Shown in pieces: positions 24,101-37,805 of a DNA stretch of 64,000 nt. The notes below the pieces were generated by a model that was not told where the DNA came from, did no database searches, and saw only the letters and a program-made list of their open reading frames with translations. Numbering within the stretch: position 1 is the stretch's first letter; every line of letters starts with the position of its first letter. The position numbers and the translations under genes were made by a program. The stretch covers positions 54,283-118,282 of the forward strand of contig MQRK01254417.1 in the NCBI GenBank assembly GCA_001938485.1, given 5' to 3'. Origin of the DNA: Girardia tigrina. Lineage: Eukaryota.

Positions 24101-26180
24101 TGATCAACGACTTCTTTCATCATGGGATTGGGTGAATCATGTGATATTGACTGCAATTCGTCTTCCAGATCAAAGAGCGTCGGAATGACATGGACTATAG
24201 AGACCTCGTTCTCTGCACTTGCAAGGTGGGAGAGTTCTTCAAATTTTTTCAACAGTTCAATCATTGTCCTCAATTGTTTGATCTCCTCTTCATCTGGTAG
24301 TTTGTTGACTAGATTTTGCGAATCATCTTTTTGTAATTAATTGTAATTGATAAAGGTCACTGTTCCATCTGGTTGAGCAACTTTGAACTATTTTGGTAAT
24401 TGTGATATCTGGATTTTTCGATGCTTCGGCAATAAGTGAATCCTTTGACTTCTGAGAATGATTGAAGAGGCTAACCAGCCCTGTCATCTTATCACTTAAA
24501 TCTCTCCACAACTTACATTTCGATGCAGCACTTTGCACTATCAAATTTATCTTATGATCAACACACCAGAACACATCATTTATAACACAATCCTTTCCGG
24601 CTTTCTTCATGTTTGCTCCACCATCGCATGTTATAGTTGTGCGCACATTTGATCCCAAGTTTAGGTCTTTAGTGATGCTATCCAATCTTTTTGCGATTTC
24701 TTCCGATGAATGTTTGCTAGCAAAGTGTTGTAAGGTGACTAAAAAACGCTTCATTTGAAAATCAGAATCAATGTAGTGTACAGTCATAGAATGTATGCTG
24801 CGTTGGTGGTCTTGCTGGTCCACAGATCAGACATGAATGATATTCCATCTAGATGAGGTTTGTCTTCATTTAATTTGTTATCAACTGCTGCCTTCATTGC
24901 ATTGTATAAAATCGGAATTTTAGTACGAGAAATGGTCCTTGAAGAAATTGCTTTATACTGCCTAACCTTAACCCTATAAAAAATTAATATAAATATTTAT
25001 AATAATTAAAAACCAATAAATAGATTTAATAACAAAATAAATAATAATTTAATAAACGTTAAATTTATTGTGGAAACTAATAAATAAACTACTAAATTAG
25101 TATGTAATGTTTATATATTAATTGAAATTATATTAATTATTATTAATTTATTAATTTTAAAATAAAATATCTTTCTTTTAAAAATAAAAAAATAATATAA
25201 ATATTTATAATAATTAGGACTTTAGGACCAAATGAAAATATAACTTTGCTTAAAAAAGGAATAAATGAAAACTACTGAAACTAGAATTTTACTCGAAAGT
25301 TCTTCGAAAATATTTGTTTAACAAACTTTAACAAATTATATTGTTGTAGTAATTATATTGTAATTATATGTGAATAAAGGCGTGATTTCATTATATGTTA
25401 GATAAAAATGTATGTAGTCTTTCGATGCATCGTTTAACGATGAAGGTTTTTCGATGTATTGTTAACAATGCATCGACCATATTTAACGATGTATGATACG
25501 ATGTGTCGCTCCCTAACATAACTGACATAAACCGAAAAAATCGAGCCAATCGAGAATATCCTTGCTTATAGACTACGGTCAGCTTATAGACGTGTTTTGA
25601 GCTTTAGAGTACTACCTCAATCTCAAGTTGATGCACCACAGGCGGAGCCTATGTATTTTGAGGCGGATCCTATGCATTTGTGGCGGAAAAGGACTAGTGA
25701 TATTTTTTTGATTGTGGCTTGAATATGCCAAAACCTTATAGCCTAGACGATTTTAATCGACCTTATCAGAGATCTGGGACTGTCAAAGATTTTTTTTCAG
25801 AAATTTTAGCGTCTGAGCTAAAAAAAAGAAACTTAGCAACAAAAGAAACTAAAATTTCTTATTACCGTACAAAAGAACACAATCTTCTCAATTATTTTGC
25901 TGAAGAAGATGATTTCGTGTTTTGTAAAGATATACTTGGTTTGATAGCTGCAAGGGGATTACAAAAATATGTTTCTAGTTAGTGGCGTTTATTCATAGAT
26001 TTATCAAAACGGAGTCTAAATGTGTTCTCTTACACAATGAAAATAAATTAGGGTCCTTCCCTATTGCATATATTACAAAAGTAATAGAAGAATATGCAAC
26101 TGTTGCTCTTGTTTTGGACACAATTGGTTCATATGTGTTGAGTTAAAAATATTAAACTTTCTTTTAGGCCAACAAGGTTT
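21163..26180 (+). mobile_element. Chapaev3 (CMC superfamily) transposon remnant, interrupted by a hAT
   Basis: 5' end TAA|CACTGCACAAC; CVNNPNHFCFICAEY...WNEPVNHYDDCYFC N-terminal domain; coding resumes INRKNR after 25523 and EILASELK...WRLFID. Confidence 0.8.
21680..25515 (-). mobile_element. hAT transposon (Ac-like), decayed, with a further unclassified internal insertion at ~22590-24000
   Basis: Perfect 8-bp TSD ACATAACT (21672-21679, 25516-25523), TAGGGA termini, subterminal CGATG repeats; SDLWT, CDGGANM, CVDHKINL, TRWNS, PAASSSSERVFSTAG. Confidence 0.92.
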
Positions 26181-26756
26181 AATGGGATATTGTAGTCAGA
26201 AATGTACCAAAATATTGAGAAATGCATTCAATTAATGAAAGTATTATTCAATTTAGGTAAAAAGAAAGAACGAAAAATCCGTTGTATGTGTTCAAACACA
26301 AAAAAACATTATTTATTGTAATAATTGCATTAAAAATATTTTCGTAGTGCAAAAAATAAATATAAAAATCATTTTATTATATTTATTTTTCTGGGAGTTT
26401 AAAAACTTAAATTTAACATAGAATTTGTAATTTCAACTTTTGTTAAGATACTTAGTTTTTAAAGAGTGCCCTGAAGACGAGGTCGGTCAAGCATTGAGCC
26501 TCGTCAAATAAATTCATTTTGACTCTACCATAAATATTATTTTTTAGTATAATAATATTTTTTATAAAATGTAGTTCTCAGTCGTTTGATGTATACATTG
26601 AATTTAAATATTGAGAGTATTTTCTGGACGATTTAAAGATTAATAAATATGTTTAGATATTCTGTATAGAAGTTAGTTAATATCAGATCAGAGCTTCAGA
26701 ATGTTAAGCCGATTGAATTTATCATTGTTATTATAAAAATATATCAATATTTCGTA

Positions 26757-27468
26757 CAGTGGCGGATTGAGATTTTGGTGCGTGGGGGGGCGAGAAAACT
26801 TTCAGGGGGCGCAAAAAATGATAAAGGTAGGACTAGCCCTACTAATTTAAATATTGAGTAAATACTATAATATACACGATTTGTACACTTCCCGCTATCT
26901 TGTTCCAGCGGTAGGCAGCTCCAAAAAATAAATAACTATTAAAAATAATGAAGTTTTGTTGACCCGTCATTATTACCGACTTTTAATAATATTTCGGTTT
27001 ACTCCGGCCATTATATTTAATATTAATGAATGGCTGTAGTGTAGAGTGGTAACTAGAGTGTATTAACTCCCGTTGGACTTTATAAACAGACAAAACTTGT
27101 ACAAGCAGCAAGTGGAAAGTGAAATCTTAAGTCTCGGTAGTATTCTCCACTGCCAAAAAATATTATGCCTCCTAGCCTACTGCATCATCTATGTCTAACA
27201 ACACGACATGGTAATATTACAAATAGCAAAGCATCAGCAGCATTATGTTGCAGTGTACACGTTAATAATACATACAAAATCAATCCATTTAGTTCTTCTG
27301 CATCACAGACCTTGTGTCAGTGTTAAGGATTCAACTTAATCATAATGCAGCTAATTCTTGTACACAAAACTACACTTATAAAAGTCATCTTGTGGGCGCG
27401 ATTTAGAATCAGGAGCGTGGGGGGGCGGTCTGCCCCCCCCTTCAGTTTTATAGCTAAATCCGCCACTG
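26757..27468. mobile_element. hAT-type MITE
   Basis: TIR CAGTGGCGGATT / AATCCGCCACTG, 8-bp TSD ATTTCGTA / ATTTTGTA. Confidence 0.85.
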
Positions 27469-28199
27469 ATTTTGTAGGAATATTGGGATCAAATTAATGC
27501 TTCAACTAATTTCTATTTATGCCAAGACTTATATTTAACTCCTTAACTGTGAAGACACAAATTCGTAAATAATACAATAAAAACTTATTAGGCTAAGACA
27601 AGAAAAATTTGAATAACTTTTCTTTCCAAGTAAAGAAGTAATATCTTATTTTTCAAATATTAATTGATGAGAGATTATTATGAAAAAAGACCTGAGATTA
27701 CAAGTGATCACATAAAGTATCGTCAACTTTTAGACAAGTTTAATTTGTAAAATTAAAAGATTCTAAATAGTTTTGGAATTATAAATTTAATACTAAAGAG
27801 AAAAACATTATTACATTTCTATTAAAATTTAGTATCAGAGTCTTTTTCATGGATACAGGTAAATTTCATTAACCATTTAGTTTCGGGGTTTGAAGATTTT
27901 TAGTAGCACATTAATAAATTGTAAAGATATATATTTTTCAGTAAAAAATAATTAAAACAATAAAAAATTGGTTGTATGCAATTATTTTTGTAAAAAGTAA
28001 TAATAATCTTAAAGAATTTTTCAATACTGTATTTAAATGGATAAAATTATAGTGGAAATGCAATAATTAAATAGTATAAATGGTGTTAAAAATAACAAAA
28101 TAGAAAAATTTATTTAATCATTTTAATACCATGCTTGAATGGAAAAGATTTTCAATTACATAAAATATAATTATTCAAACATTAAATAACAAGTAAAGA

Positions 28200-30200
28200 A
28201 AAACATCAAAAAAATGAACATCAATGACAAAAGAATATATATGTGGTTTTTCGGCCAATTTCAGAAATTTATTAAAAGATTTTATATTGTATAAGCTATT
28301 ATTAAAAATAAAAAAGTTCAACAAATCATTTATTCCAGGATTAAACTTTTGGATATGCCCCAACATATTACGGAAAAAAGAACCACAGTGATCAGGAGTT
28401 ATTTCATCAAACGTCCCACTTATCAACCCTCTCAACTGGTTTTCATTTCTAGCATTTCCTCGTATCAGCAAATTTTTTTAAACAGAAAACACATTTTCAA
28501 TTGGATTTAAAAAGGTAGAATAGGGAGGGAGATACTCAATATTATAAGCAGTAATTTCTCTGTCTTCAAGCAACCCCCTGTAGTGATGAATTATGGCATT
28601 ATCCATGATAAAAATTGGATTAGTAATTCCAGATTGCTTGCAAGCTTCTTTGATTGCCTTCAATATAACCTTAAAATCTTCTCCTGTCCTTTCATGAATT
28701 TTATGGTAAATCATACTATGAGGAGGTAATTAATTTTTGGTGCGCTGATCAAAATTTAAATAGTTTGAAAAAAGACTATTTTGATTTAAAATCAAATTGA
28801 AAATTTTAAAAATTAATTTGAATTTAAAAAAACATTCTTAATTAAAAACATTCTTTATTAAAAATTTTATTAATATTTGTAAAAATATGTTTTCTAAGTT
28901 TGAATTAATTTAATGATATGATTAAAAGATTAAACATTTAAAAAATACAAGATTAAATATTAAATATAACGTATTTTCAAAATTTCTAAAATAATAAAAT
29001 ATTAAAAATGGTTTTTTTAAAAAAACAACGCAAAATTCAAAAAACAGCATACAAGATTTCAGTTGAAAAACAAAATTATAAAAACAGAATAAAAGGTTAA
29101 AATAAAAAAAACATATTTAAACATTAAATATTTTCTTAAAAAATTTTTAATATATGTAAAATCATTTTGATAAATATTTTTGTTTAAAAATTTAAAAAAT
29201 TTGAATTATTATTAAAATTATAAATATATGAAAAAATATGTGAAAATAGAGGTCAGCGGATTAATTATTAATTAGGAAAATTGTTGGAAAATTTGTTTGA
29301 AAGTTGTTTTATAATAAAGATATAATTTGAGTTAAATGAATTCCGATATTGACGTCACAAATACTTATCATACATACCATACGTGTTCATTGCAGCAACA
29401 ACTGAAATATTTCTACTTCTAGCCGCCGGAACAGAAATGCAAGCAGATTCACTACTACTTCTACCTCTTTTTAGCTTAGTAACAACAAAAAATCCAACTT
29501 CGTCGAGAAAAATTAGATTCCTATCATCATTTCGATCTTTAATAATCTGAATTTCGAAGCATAGTTCACTCTGAGCTCGATTGTCGTCAGAGAATTTCTT
29601 CGCTCCGGAACTAAAGTGGTCCTCTTTAGGGTGTAGTGGAATTCTTTTAGCGCCATATCAATAGTGCTTATTGACACATTGACTTAGAAAGTTTCCAAAG
29701 CCCAGGTATCAAGTTCTCCTAGAATAAGAGTACACTCTTGATCTACTCGAGTTAATAATTGCTCTTTGACCTCAGTGCTGAGTAAGGAACGCTTATCACC
29801 ACCGCGCCTAAGAGGCTTGACCAATCTCTGTTTAAGATATCGTTGAACGATACTATAAACAGTTTTATAGCTCTTCTGGTACATATTTTAAATTTCTTTA
29901 ACAGAATACCCTTCGAGCGTTTTAGTCACTATACGCTCTCGATCATCATTAGAAACTTGAGGTTTCCTTTGTACGGCCAGGATGGGGATTTCTCCAGATC
30001 GACTTTCTGCGCGCCCTGCTTCTTCTAATGTTTATGAACCATTGTCATCAACATTGGTGTCACTGTTCCAATGAATAAAGTTTTCGAAGCTCATAAGATT
30101 AAAAAATTAAAATTATTAAAAGTATTTTTCTATTTTTTTAATAAATTTATTAATTCTAAAATTGATTGCAAAAATTCTGAAATTGATCGAAAAACCCTGT
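28200..30200 (-). mobile_element. IS630-like DD34E (Gambol-type) transposon remnant; boundaries approximate
   Basis: RRGGDKRSLL, IFLDEVGF, RSRNISVVAAM, IMDNAIIHH...LPPYSTFLNPIENVFS (34 residues between D and E). Confidence 0.8.
28717..29372. mobile_element. Unclassified AT-rich insertion inside the DD34E transposase
   Basis: Removing it restores MNTYGMIYHK; CATAC duplicated on both sides; termini TATGA...TCATA. Confidence 0.7.
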
Positions 30201-30279
30201 CATAAAGCAATAATGTAATAATTCTTTTGAATCAACCTTCATAGATTTGCGTTACCTCTTAAGACCAATAACTAGACCC

Positions 30280-30880
30280 AAAAGTATAAATTCGATATAA
30301 TGGATCAGTTCAACAGATATGTACCATGAACAAGATCAAACGACACACCAAGAATTATTTTGAAATATTACATATTGAAATTTGGTGCATTAAGAATAAT
30401 TAATATTGATCAAGGAATAATTTCAATTTAAAATTTGATAAAACAATGGAAGAAAAGTTGTCAATACCTTACCATTAATATACTTAAAGAAGGATAAGTC
30501 ATTTTAGGATTATTTAGAGACGATGGTTGCGAGAGATAAACATTGCAACCACTTTACCGAAATCAATAAAAATGAGTTCAATAACAATTGAATTTAATTT
30601 TAGAATTAAAATAACTTATAATGATACGAATAAAACAAACAAAATATTTGAAAAAATAAAAAATCAAAATTTAGTTACTTATCTAAACGACAACTAAGGA
30701 ACCAGACGTTTTGAAATAAAGTTTTAGTTTAAAAAATAGGTCATGTTAAAGGTGATGAAAACTTTGAAGGACCTTTTCGAGTAGTTAAGGTGATTCATGA
30801 TTACAGTTATGAATTTGAAAATAATATTAATCAAAGAATAATTAAAAAATAAAGCTGTTTAACCAAGAAGATTTTTAGAA
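30280..30880 (+). mobile_element. Highly decayed Gypsy integrase remnant
   Basis: Fragments DQFNRYV, LKFG..RIINIDQG, EGPFRVVKV. Confidence 0.45.
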
Positions 30881-31278
30881 GAATGTTATCGATGATCAAA
30901 TTTATTATTATTTAAATATGTATTAATTTACTTACAATTGTTTCTTAATTAAAGTTCGAAATTTATATTTATTGTTTTAATTGCTAAAATAAATTTTCAA
31001 AAATATATTAACTAAAATTATTTTAATCACTATTATTATTACGCAAAATATCTAACTATCCTAATTTAATAAAATAATATTATTTTTCTATTTTTGAAGT
31101 TTTAATTAAATATTGTAGCATATATATAAATTTCGATTTTATCAGTAAGAAAATATCTGAATATCAAATTTAAAATTTCTTTGGTAGATTTCTCTTACGC
31201 AATTTTTAAGGTAGATCATTAAAAATACTGATAAGGCCAAAATTTAAATTTAAATAAATCGATTAAAATAGGTTAAAT

Positions 31279-31853
31279 CATCGGTACTCAAACTTTTTGA
31301 GTCCTGGGACGATATTAATGGACTCCTGGCACAGACTGATTTCTCTGCCCAAATTATAATAGTATAACCACATGCATAAAGTGTAAATTTCTTTAAACTT
31401 TGATAGGTTTATAAAATAAATAAAATTCTATCCCAGGACTGTTAACAACCATTGTTGTTGTTTGAAGGCAAAAGATCTGCACTAAAATATATTTAAATAA
31501 AATAAATCACAAACACACATAGATCAGTTATATACCGCATAAATGGAGAGTCAAAGGTTAACTCTGCTCTCGACCCCGTAATAGTTATATAATACAAATT
31601 TAGAATTATTCTAAATTTGTTGATCGCGTAATATTTTATTTAATTAATTTAAATTTAATTCTATAATAACTCAGAGTTGTTTTGCAAGCTGCGTCAACAA
31701 AGACGTCATTATAGAATATTTCGTAATAGATAAATTAAACGACAGTAAGTGGCGAGTCCAAACATCCGATCGATAAAATGGATTTTAGCGAAGAAATTCT
31801 TTTATTTGTATACAATTTTCATCTTTCTGTGGAGTACAGTTGGAGAACCACTG
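31279..31853. mobile_element. hAT (Charlie-like) MITE
   Basis: Imperfect TIR CATCGGTACTCAAACT / AGTTGGAGAACCACTG, TSD GGTTAAAT / GTTTAAAT. Confidence 0.65.
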
Positions 31854-32478
31854 GTTTAAATGATTTAGTCTTGAACGAAAAAAAATAAAATTAAATTAAA
31901 CGTTTTGATGACTTTGTTGGCCATTTCGCAGCATTAGTCTATAATATTTTTTCAACTTTTATTGAAATGAAATTATTTTAATTTTTTATTAATTGTATTG
32001 TTAATATTTGATATTCAAGTTTTTCTCGGAATAAAATGCACAATGTTTATTTAAGTTATCTTGTTCAGTATCAAATAAATAAATATTGTAATCATAGAGC
32101 TAATAACAATATTAAATGGTTGAAATAAATATGTCTTTTCGCTTATTATAGTATTTTGTATAACAAAATGTGAATTTTGTTTTCAAAAGAACTCACTAAA
32201 ACATTGGTTTTATTGGAACGTACATGAAAAAATATCCAATTATATTAATAAATATTATGAAAATATATTTTTTATTTTTTGATATTGAAAATATAATCAT
32301 ATATTTAACAAAAAATAGAATACTGCGTATGAAAGGATAGTTTATAATCCTACAAAAATAAGCTCAAGGACCTTAGCAATCGGATTAATACATTTTGTAT
32401 AAGTTGAATTTCGATTCCTTGTATCTAGAAAGTAATAAACAAAACAAAGTAGTTGACATGAAATGTTGGTTTGTATTA

Positions 32479-33703
32479 TTAGGTTGTTCGATATGAAACG
32501 GGTCAAACTTTACACCTTACATTTCAATCGCGTATAACTTAACTTTGAACTATCGTATGAAAATAAATAAGGTATTTCTTGACAGATATATTANNNNNNN
32601 NNNNNNNNNNNNNNNNNNNNNNNNNNNNNNNNNNNNNNNNNNNNNNNNNNNNNNNNNNNNNNNNNNNNNNNNNNNNNNNNNNNNNNNNNNNNNNNNNNNN
32701 NNNNNNNNNNNNNNNNNNNNNNNNNNNNNNNNNNNNNNNNNNNNNNNNNNNNNNNNNNNNNNNNNNNNNNNNNNNNNNNNNNNNNNNNNNNNNNNNNNNN
32801 NNNNNNNNNNNNNNNNNNNNNNNNNNNNNNNNNNNNNNNNNNNNNNNNNNNNNNNNNNNNNNNNNNNNNNNNNNNNNNNNNNNNNNNNNNNNNNNNNNNN
32901 NNNNNNNNNNNNNNNNNNNNNNNNNNNNNNNNNNNNNNNNNNNNNNNNNNNNNNNNNNNNNNNNNNNNNNNNNNNNNNNNNNNNNNNNNNNNNNNNNNNN
33001 NNNNNNNNNNNNNNNNNNNNNNNNNNNNNNNNNNNNNNNNNNNNNNNNNNNNNNNNNNNNNNNNNNNNNNNNNNNNNNNNNNNNNNNNNNNNNNNNNNNN
33101 NNNNNNNNNNNNNNNNNNNNNNNNNNNNNNNNNNNNNNNNNNNNNNNNNNNNNNNNNNNNNNNNNNNNNNNNNNNNNNNNNNNNNNNNNNNNNNNNNNNN
33201 NNNNNNNNNNNNNNNNNNNNNNNNNNNNNNNNNNNNNNNNNNNNNNNNNNNNNNNNNNNNNNNNNNNNNNNNNNNNNNNNNNNNNNNNNNNNNNNNNNNN
33301 NNNNNNNNNNNNNNNNNNNNNNNNNNNNNNNNNNNNNNNNNNNNNNNNNNNNNNNNNNNNNNNNNNNNNNNNNNNNNNNNNNNNNNNNNNNNNNNNNNNN
33401 NNNNNNNNNNNNNNNNNNNNNNNNNNNNNNNNNNNNNNNNNNNNNNNNNNNNNNNNNNNNNNNNNNNNNNNNNNNNNNNNNNNNNNNNNNNNNNNNNNNN
33501 NNNNNNNNNNNNNNNNNNNNNNNNNNNNNNNNNNNNNNNNNNNNNNNNNNNNNNNNAAAGGGTTAAATGTGTTACCATTGAAATGGCAACAGTGTGTTGA
33601 CAACGTGGGGGGATATTTTGATTAAAAATAAAATGTTATTATTTAAAAAAAATCGATTTACATTTTACTTTAATTTTGACCCGTTTCATATCGAACAACC
33701 TAA
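32479..33703 (+). mobile_element. Young mariner copy 2 (cecropia-like), interior is an assembly gap
   Basis: Same perfect TIRs and TA TSDs; C-terminus KGLNVLPLKWQQCVDNVGGYFD*. Confidence 0.92.
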
Positions 33704-33866
33704 TATAAGCCAATAGATTAGAATTACAAAAAACTAAAACCATTCAGAAGTTTTATTTACAAAGTGATTAAATTCGACATATCACAAGTTCACATAAAAT
33801 ATATAAAATAATGATTAAAACGACGGGTATATGAAAATGATAAAATTATGACTTAAATATGTTTAA

Positions 33867-34115
33867 CCATAATGGGGCAGAAACTATTTTCTTTAAAAAA
33901 AATGAATTTTTGAAATTAATTCTGGTTTGAATATTATTTTATTATTAAAACTTATTCTACATTAAAAATATTTTTTGTTTCATACGGTCTTTTTGTAATA
34001 GGGTGTCCTTTTAAAAGGACGGTGCACCTAATACCGCCTGTTGCTGAGTCGTCAAATTGATGTAAAAAAAATATTTGAGCAGTGTTCTTTTAAAAGGACG
34101 GTGGCCCCATTCGGG
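33867..34115. mobile_element. Possible piggyBac-type MITE
   Basis: TTAA flanks, imperfect TIR CCATAATGGGGC / GCCCCATTCGGG, internal direct repeat CTTTTAAAAGGACGGTG. Confidence 0.5.
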
Positions 34116-35455
34116 TTAATAAAACAGTCAAGCGTATCACTTAAACATTAATTTTATGATTATGTGACCTAATAAATAATGCTTTGCATTGTAACTCTCT
34201 CTCAGTAATAATTCACAAAATTCGAACACAAAACTAAAAATTTTCATAGGAAATTACTTTTACATTTCTTATGAACAGGTATTCGTCATAGATGTTTAAT
34301 TGAGCTTAAATTTTCTTTCCAGTTTTGATGAAAAATTCATTTGTTTCTTTATGATAGACCTTTAGTTTGTAAAGGTTATGCAGATGCTTTTGGAATTTTG
34401 TAGAAACTTGAACATGTCACCCTGTTTTTAAAATATATTGTTTCAATCATGGTGGTATAACAGAAAGATTATTTCTCTTTGTTGGATTAAATGGAAGGAA
34501 AGAAAGATCATCATTATGAGACAAATTATTCGTAAAACAAACTGATATGATATTATATACCTATCCGAGTAGTTTTGGAGACCCAAAGTATAATTGAAAC
34601 AGGGCAAAAGGTTTACTTTTCCCATCTTTGTCTCTATCATCAATTTACTTACCATTTGATATGAGTATAAAAATTGTTATTAAAAACAATGGTTATTCAA
34701 AATCCATTGTCGAACAATTAAATAAATTATTTGCAAATTCAAAAATAACTAGTTGTAATGTTAAAATTAATTATTTATTAAATAATTTAGTAAATGACTA
34801 TGAATTAAATAATGATAACAGTAATTGTAATATAATATCTTAAAGGATTCTAGGTAAAACAACTGTCCGATACAATAAGGGCCGTAGTCATATTATGCTT
34901 TGTCAGTATCAGTATGGATATTATGCAGATAAACGGTTTAAGTATATACCAAAATGATCACAATTAGCTCCAGATGTAAATTTTGTATATTAATTACCAT
35001 ATAATCATCCCATCACTTGAATGCTGTACACTGACTATTCATAGTGTCGACAAGGGTGGAGCAATATAAGCATCTGTATACCTGTTTAGAGAATTATTGT
35101 TACGAGTTTTCACCTAAAGACCGTTGCATACTAATATGCAGCCTAACTCTACTCTGTAAAAACTTGTACGGATTAAATTTCTTTTTTATTGTTATTTTAA
35201 TTTGTTGAATGTTATATATTTAGCATTTATAAGTCAAAAAACACGGCAAACAGATGGTTACGTGCCTCCCTCTTCGACGACACTTTATGAATAGACAGGG
35301 TAGTTTTGGCAATGCACAAATCGACTACTGAAGTTATTGTATCTGACAGTTTTCACCTAGATAGTTTTTAACGCCATACGTGTTAAAGAAATATATTATT
35401 TATTGTTATATCTTAATTTTAAATATTTTAACGACAATTATTTTGATTCAAAGTA

Positions 35456-37300
35456 CAGTGGAAACCACTTAAGACGAAATGCCGGTTCCGACGAAATATT
35501 TCGAATGTACCAGCTTTGTCTAATAAAATTTTCGTTTAAGACGAAATACCGCTTAGTACGAAATAAAATGCATGTCCCACAAAAAAGTAAAACCATTTAA
35601 GACGAATTCTAGAATTTTTTACAATACATCAAGGACTATACATTTATAATCTGCAATGCCCACTCGATTTTCTCTCCCAAAACAGATAAAATATCTGAGA
35701 CAGGTTCCAGAAATGACACTTATTTTTAATTTATTTTAAATGCGCTGGAAATAATCTGTAATGTTTGTCTGGATAGAATTTTGGATCACTGATTTCTGTG
35801 CATAGTTCTCAATCACACCCAGAGCATATAGCGCAACAGTGATATCGCCATCTTGGCAGTGTAGAAAGATGCGAATTCCATTCAGCTGGCTGATGACATC
35901 TTTCGCAGAAGGCAATACAGTCACAGGGGAATCTCTTCAGAATCCGATTTATCGTCTTCTTTCTTTTGATGCACCTCAGCAGCAATTTCAGAATCGCTTA
36001 GCAATCCTGTTACTGTTACGGTATCAACTGCATGAATTTAAACTTCTGGGTAAACAACGTCTGGGATGTTCATGAAATGGCGGAGATGGTCGAATATATT
36101 GTCCATTGAAGAGTCATCCACTTGGTTAGGAGAGTTGTCCACTGGTGGGACGTTCTTGACGATTCCTGAGTGACGCCAACAGTTGGAGATGGTTTCTTCG
36201 GTGACATCATTCCAAGCCGCGCTCAACATGTCCATTGCTTCACGCAAATTTATGTCAGGAAGCATTCCACTCTCATATGCTGCTAGAGTTCGTTTGAGCA
36301 AGCGTGATAGATATTGTCGCTTGGTTGCCTGTATAATACCTTGGTTACAAGACTGAAGCACATCAGTTGTGTTTGGCGGTAGATACTGCACCTTGACATT
36401 TGTCAGGTCATCCACATTTTTATGGGCGGGTCAATTGTCAATCAATAAGAGGATATGTCGACCTAGATTGCGCATGCTCTTATCCACTTTTCGGATCCAT
36501 TCTTCCAGAGGTCACCCGTCAACCATGCTTTCTTGTTTGCTCGATAGTGGACTGGGATATGCTTTATGCCACGGAAACACCTGGGATTTTTCACTTTTCC
36601 TAGTACAAGTGGCTTCAGCTTACTTGTCCTCGTCATGTTGGTTGCAAGGAGAACAGTTATTCTGTCTTTGGCTTGCTTTCGACCAGTGTAAGAATTTCCT
36701 TTAAAATCAAGTGTTCGATCGGGAAGCATGTGCCAGAACTAGCAACTTTCGTCAGCATTAAAAATGCCCTTCTTCTCATAGGGTGATAGTAGCTGAGGCA
36801 GGACTGTCAATCGCCAGTTATCAACCGCTTCAGTATCGAAATCAGTGGTTTTGCCACATACAGCTCGCAGTCGAATTCCATGTCGATCCTTCCAACGACC
36901 AAGCCATCCAATACTGGGGTTGAAGTCTGGAACGCCCAGCTCAATGGATAAAGCTTTTGCTTTCTCAATTAAAAGAGGACCATCGACTGCAAGTGACTGG
37001 GATCTCACTTGCGTAAACCACCGAAAGAAGGGTTCATCCACGTCCATATGCGTTTATGTGCGCTGTCGTTTACGTGATTAGATTTGTCCGCTCTCCACAG
37101 CCTCGCAGATTGCAGCATTATTCATTATTATGGTAGAGAGTGTGCTCGGCGGAATTCCGAATTCAGAAGCTACTTCCACCTTTCTTCCTTTATTCAACTC
37201 TGCCAAGATCTTTAAATTCTTTTTAAGAGATATGCCAGGTTTCTTTGACATGATGACAACAGTCGTTTATCAAAGAATTGAAAAAATGCTAAACAACAAA
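35456..37300 (-). mobile_element. Tigger/pogo transposon remnant (TIGD4/6-like transposase pseudogene)
   Basis: TA|CAGTGGAAACCACTTAAGACGAA end; ORFs 36739..37047, 36463..36729, 36038..36415 with SIGWLGRWKDRHGI, IFNADE, KDRITVLL, LPPNTT, TISNCWRHSG. Confidence 0.88.
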
Positions 37301-37632
37301 CACAACGCACAAATGCGCACATTGCAGACGATTATTATCAACCAATCGACATACTGCACAGTAATCTGCTGTACGTTATATCCTATGAAAAGAGAAAGAG
37401 GGAGGGGGAGAGAGACATTGCGATGATGGCGTTATCTATAAATGCTACAGTGCCCAGTGAAAAAATGCTCACACACACACGCTGACCAACATATCTCTGA
37501 CTCAGTGTGAGGGTGCCTTTTATCTCTTTCTCTCTCTGCATACAGTACAGTAGCTTATACTGTATGTGTTTGAGTAGCCCCCGGATGCTCACGGTCTGTG
37601 CATTATCAATACAGTAATTATCACCAATGGAA

Positions 37633-37805
37633 AGTTGATCAAAATAATAATGTTTCTCATTTTAATGTTGATCACAACAACAACGTAATTCATTTCAACA
37701 ATGATCAAAATACTGGAAATCATATGAATTTTCATCAAAATAATAATGAAATTCATTCAAATTTTGATCAAAACAATAACGGGCATTATGATTTCAACAA
37801 TAATA
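37633..37805 (+). repeat. Degenerate 30-33 nt tandem repeat encoding (V/F)DQNNN.xHxN units
   Basis: VDQNNNVSHFN VDHNNNVIHFN NDQNTGNHMN FHQNNNEIHSN FDQNNNGHYD in ORF 37598..37858. Confidence 0.7.
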
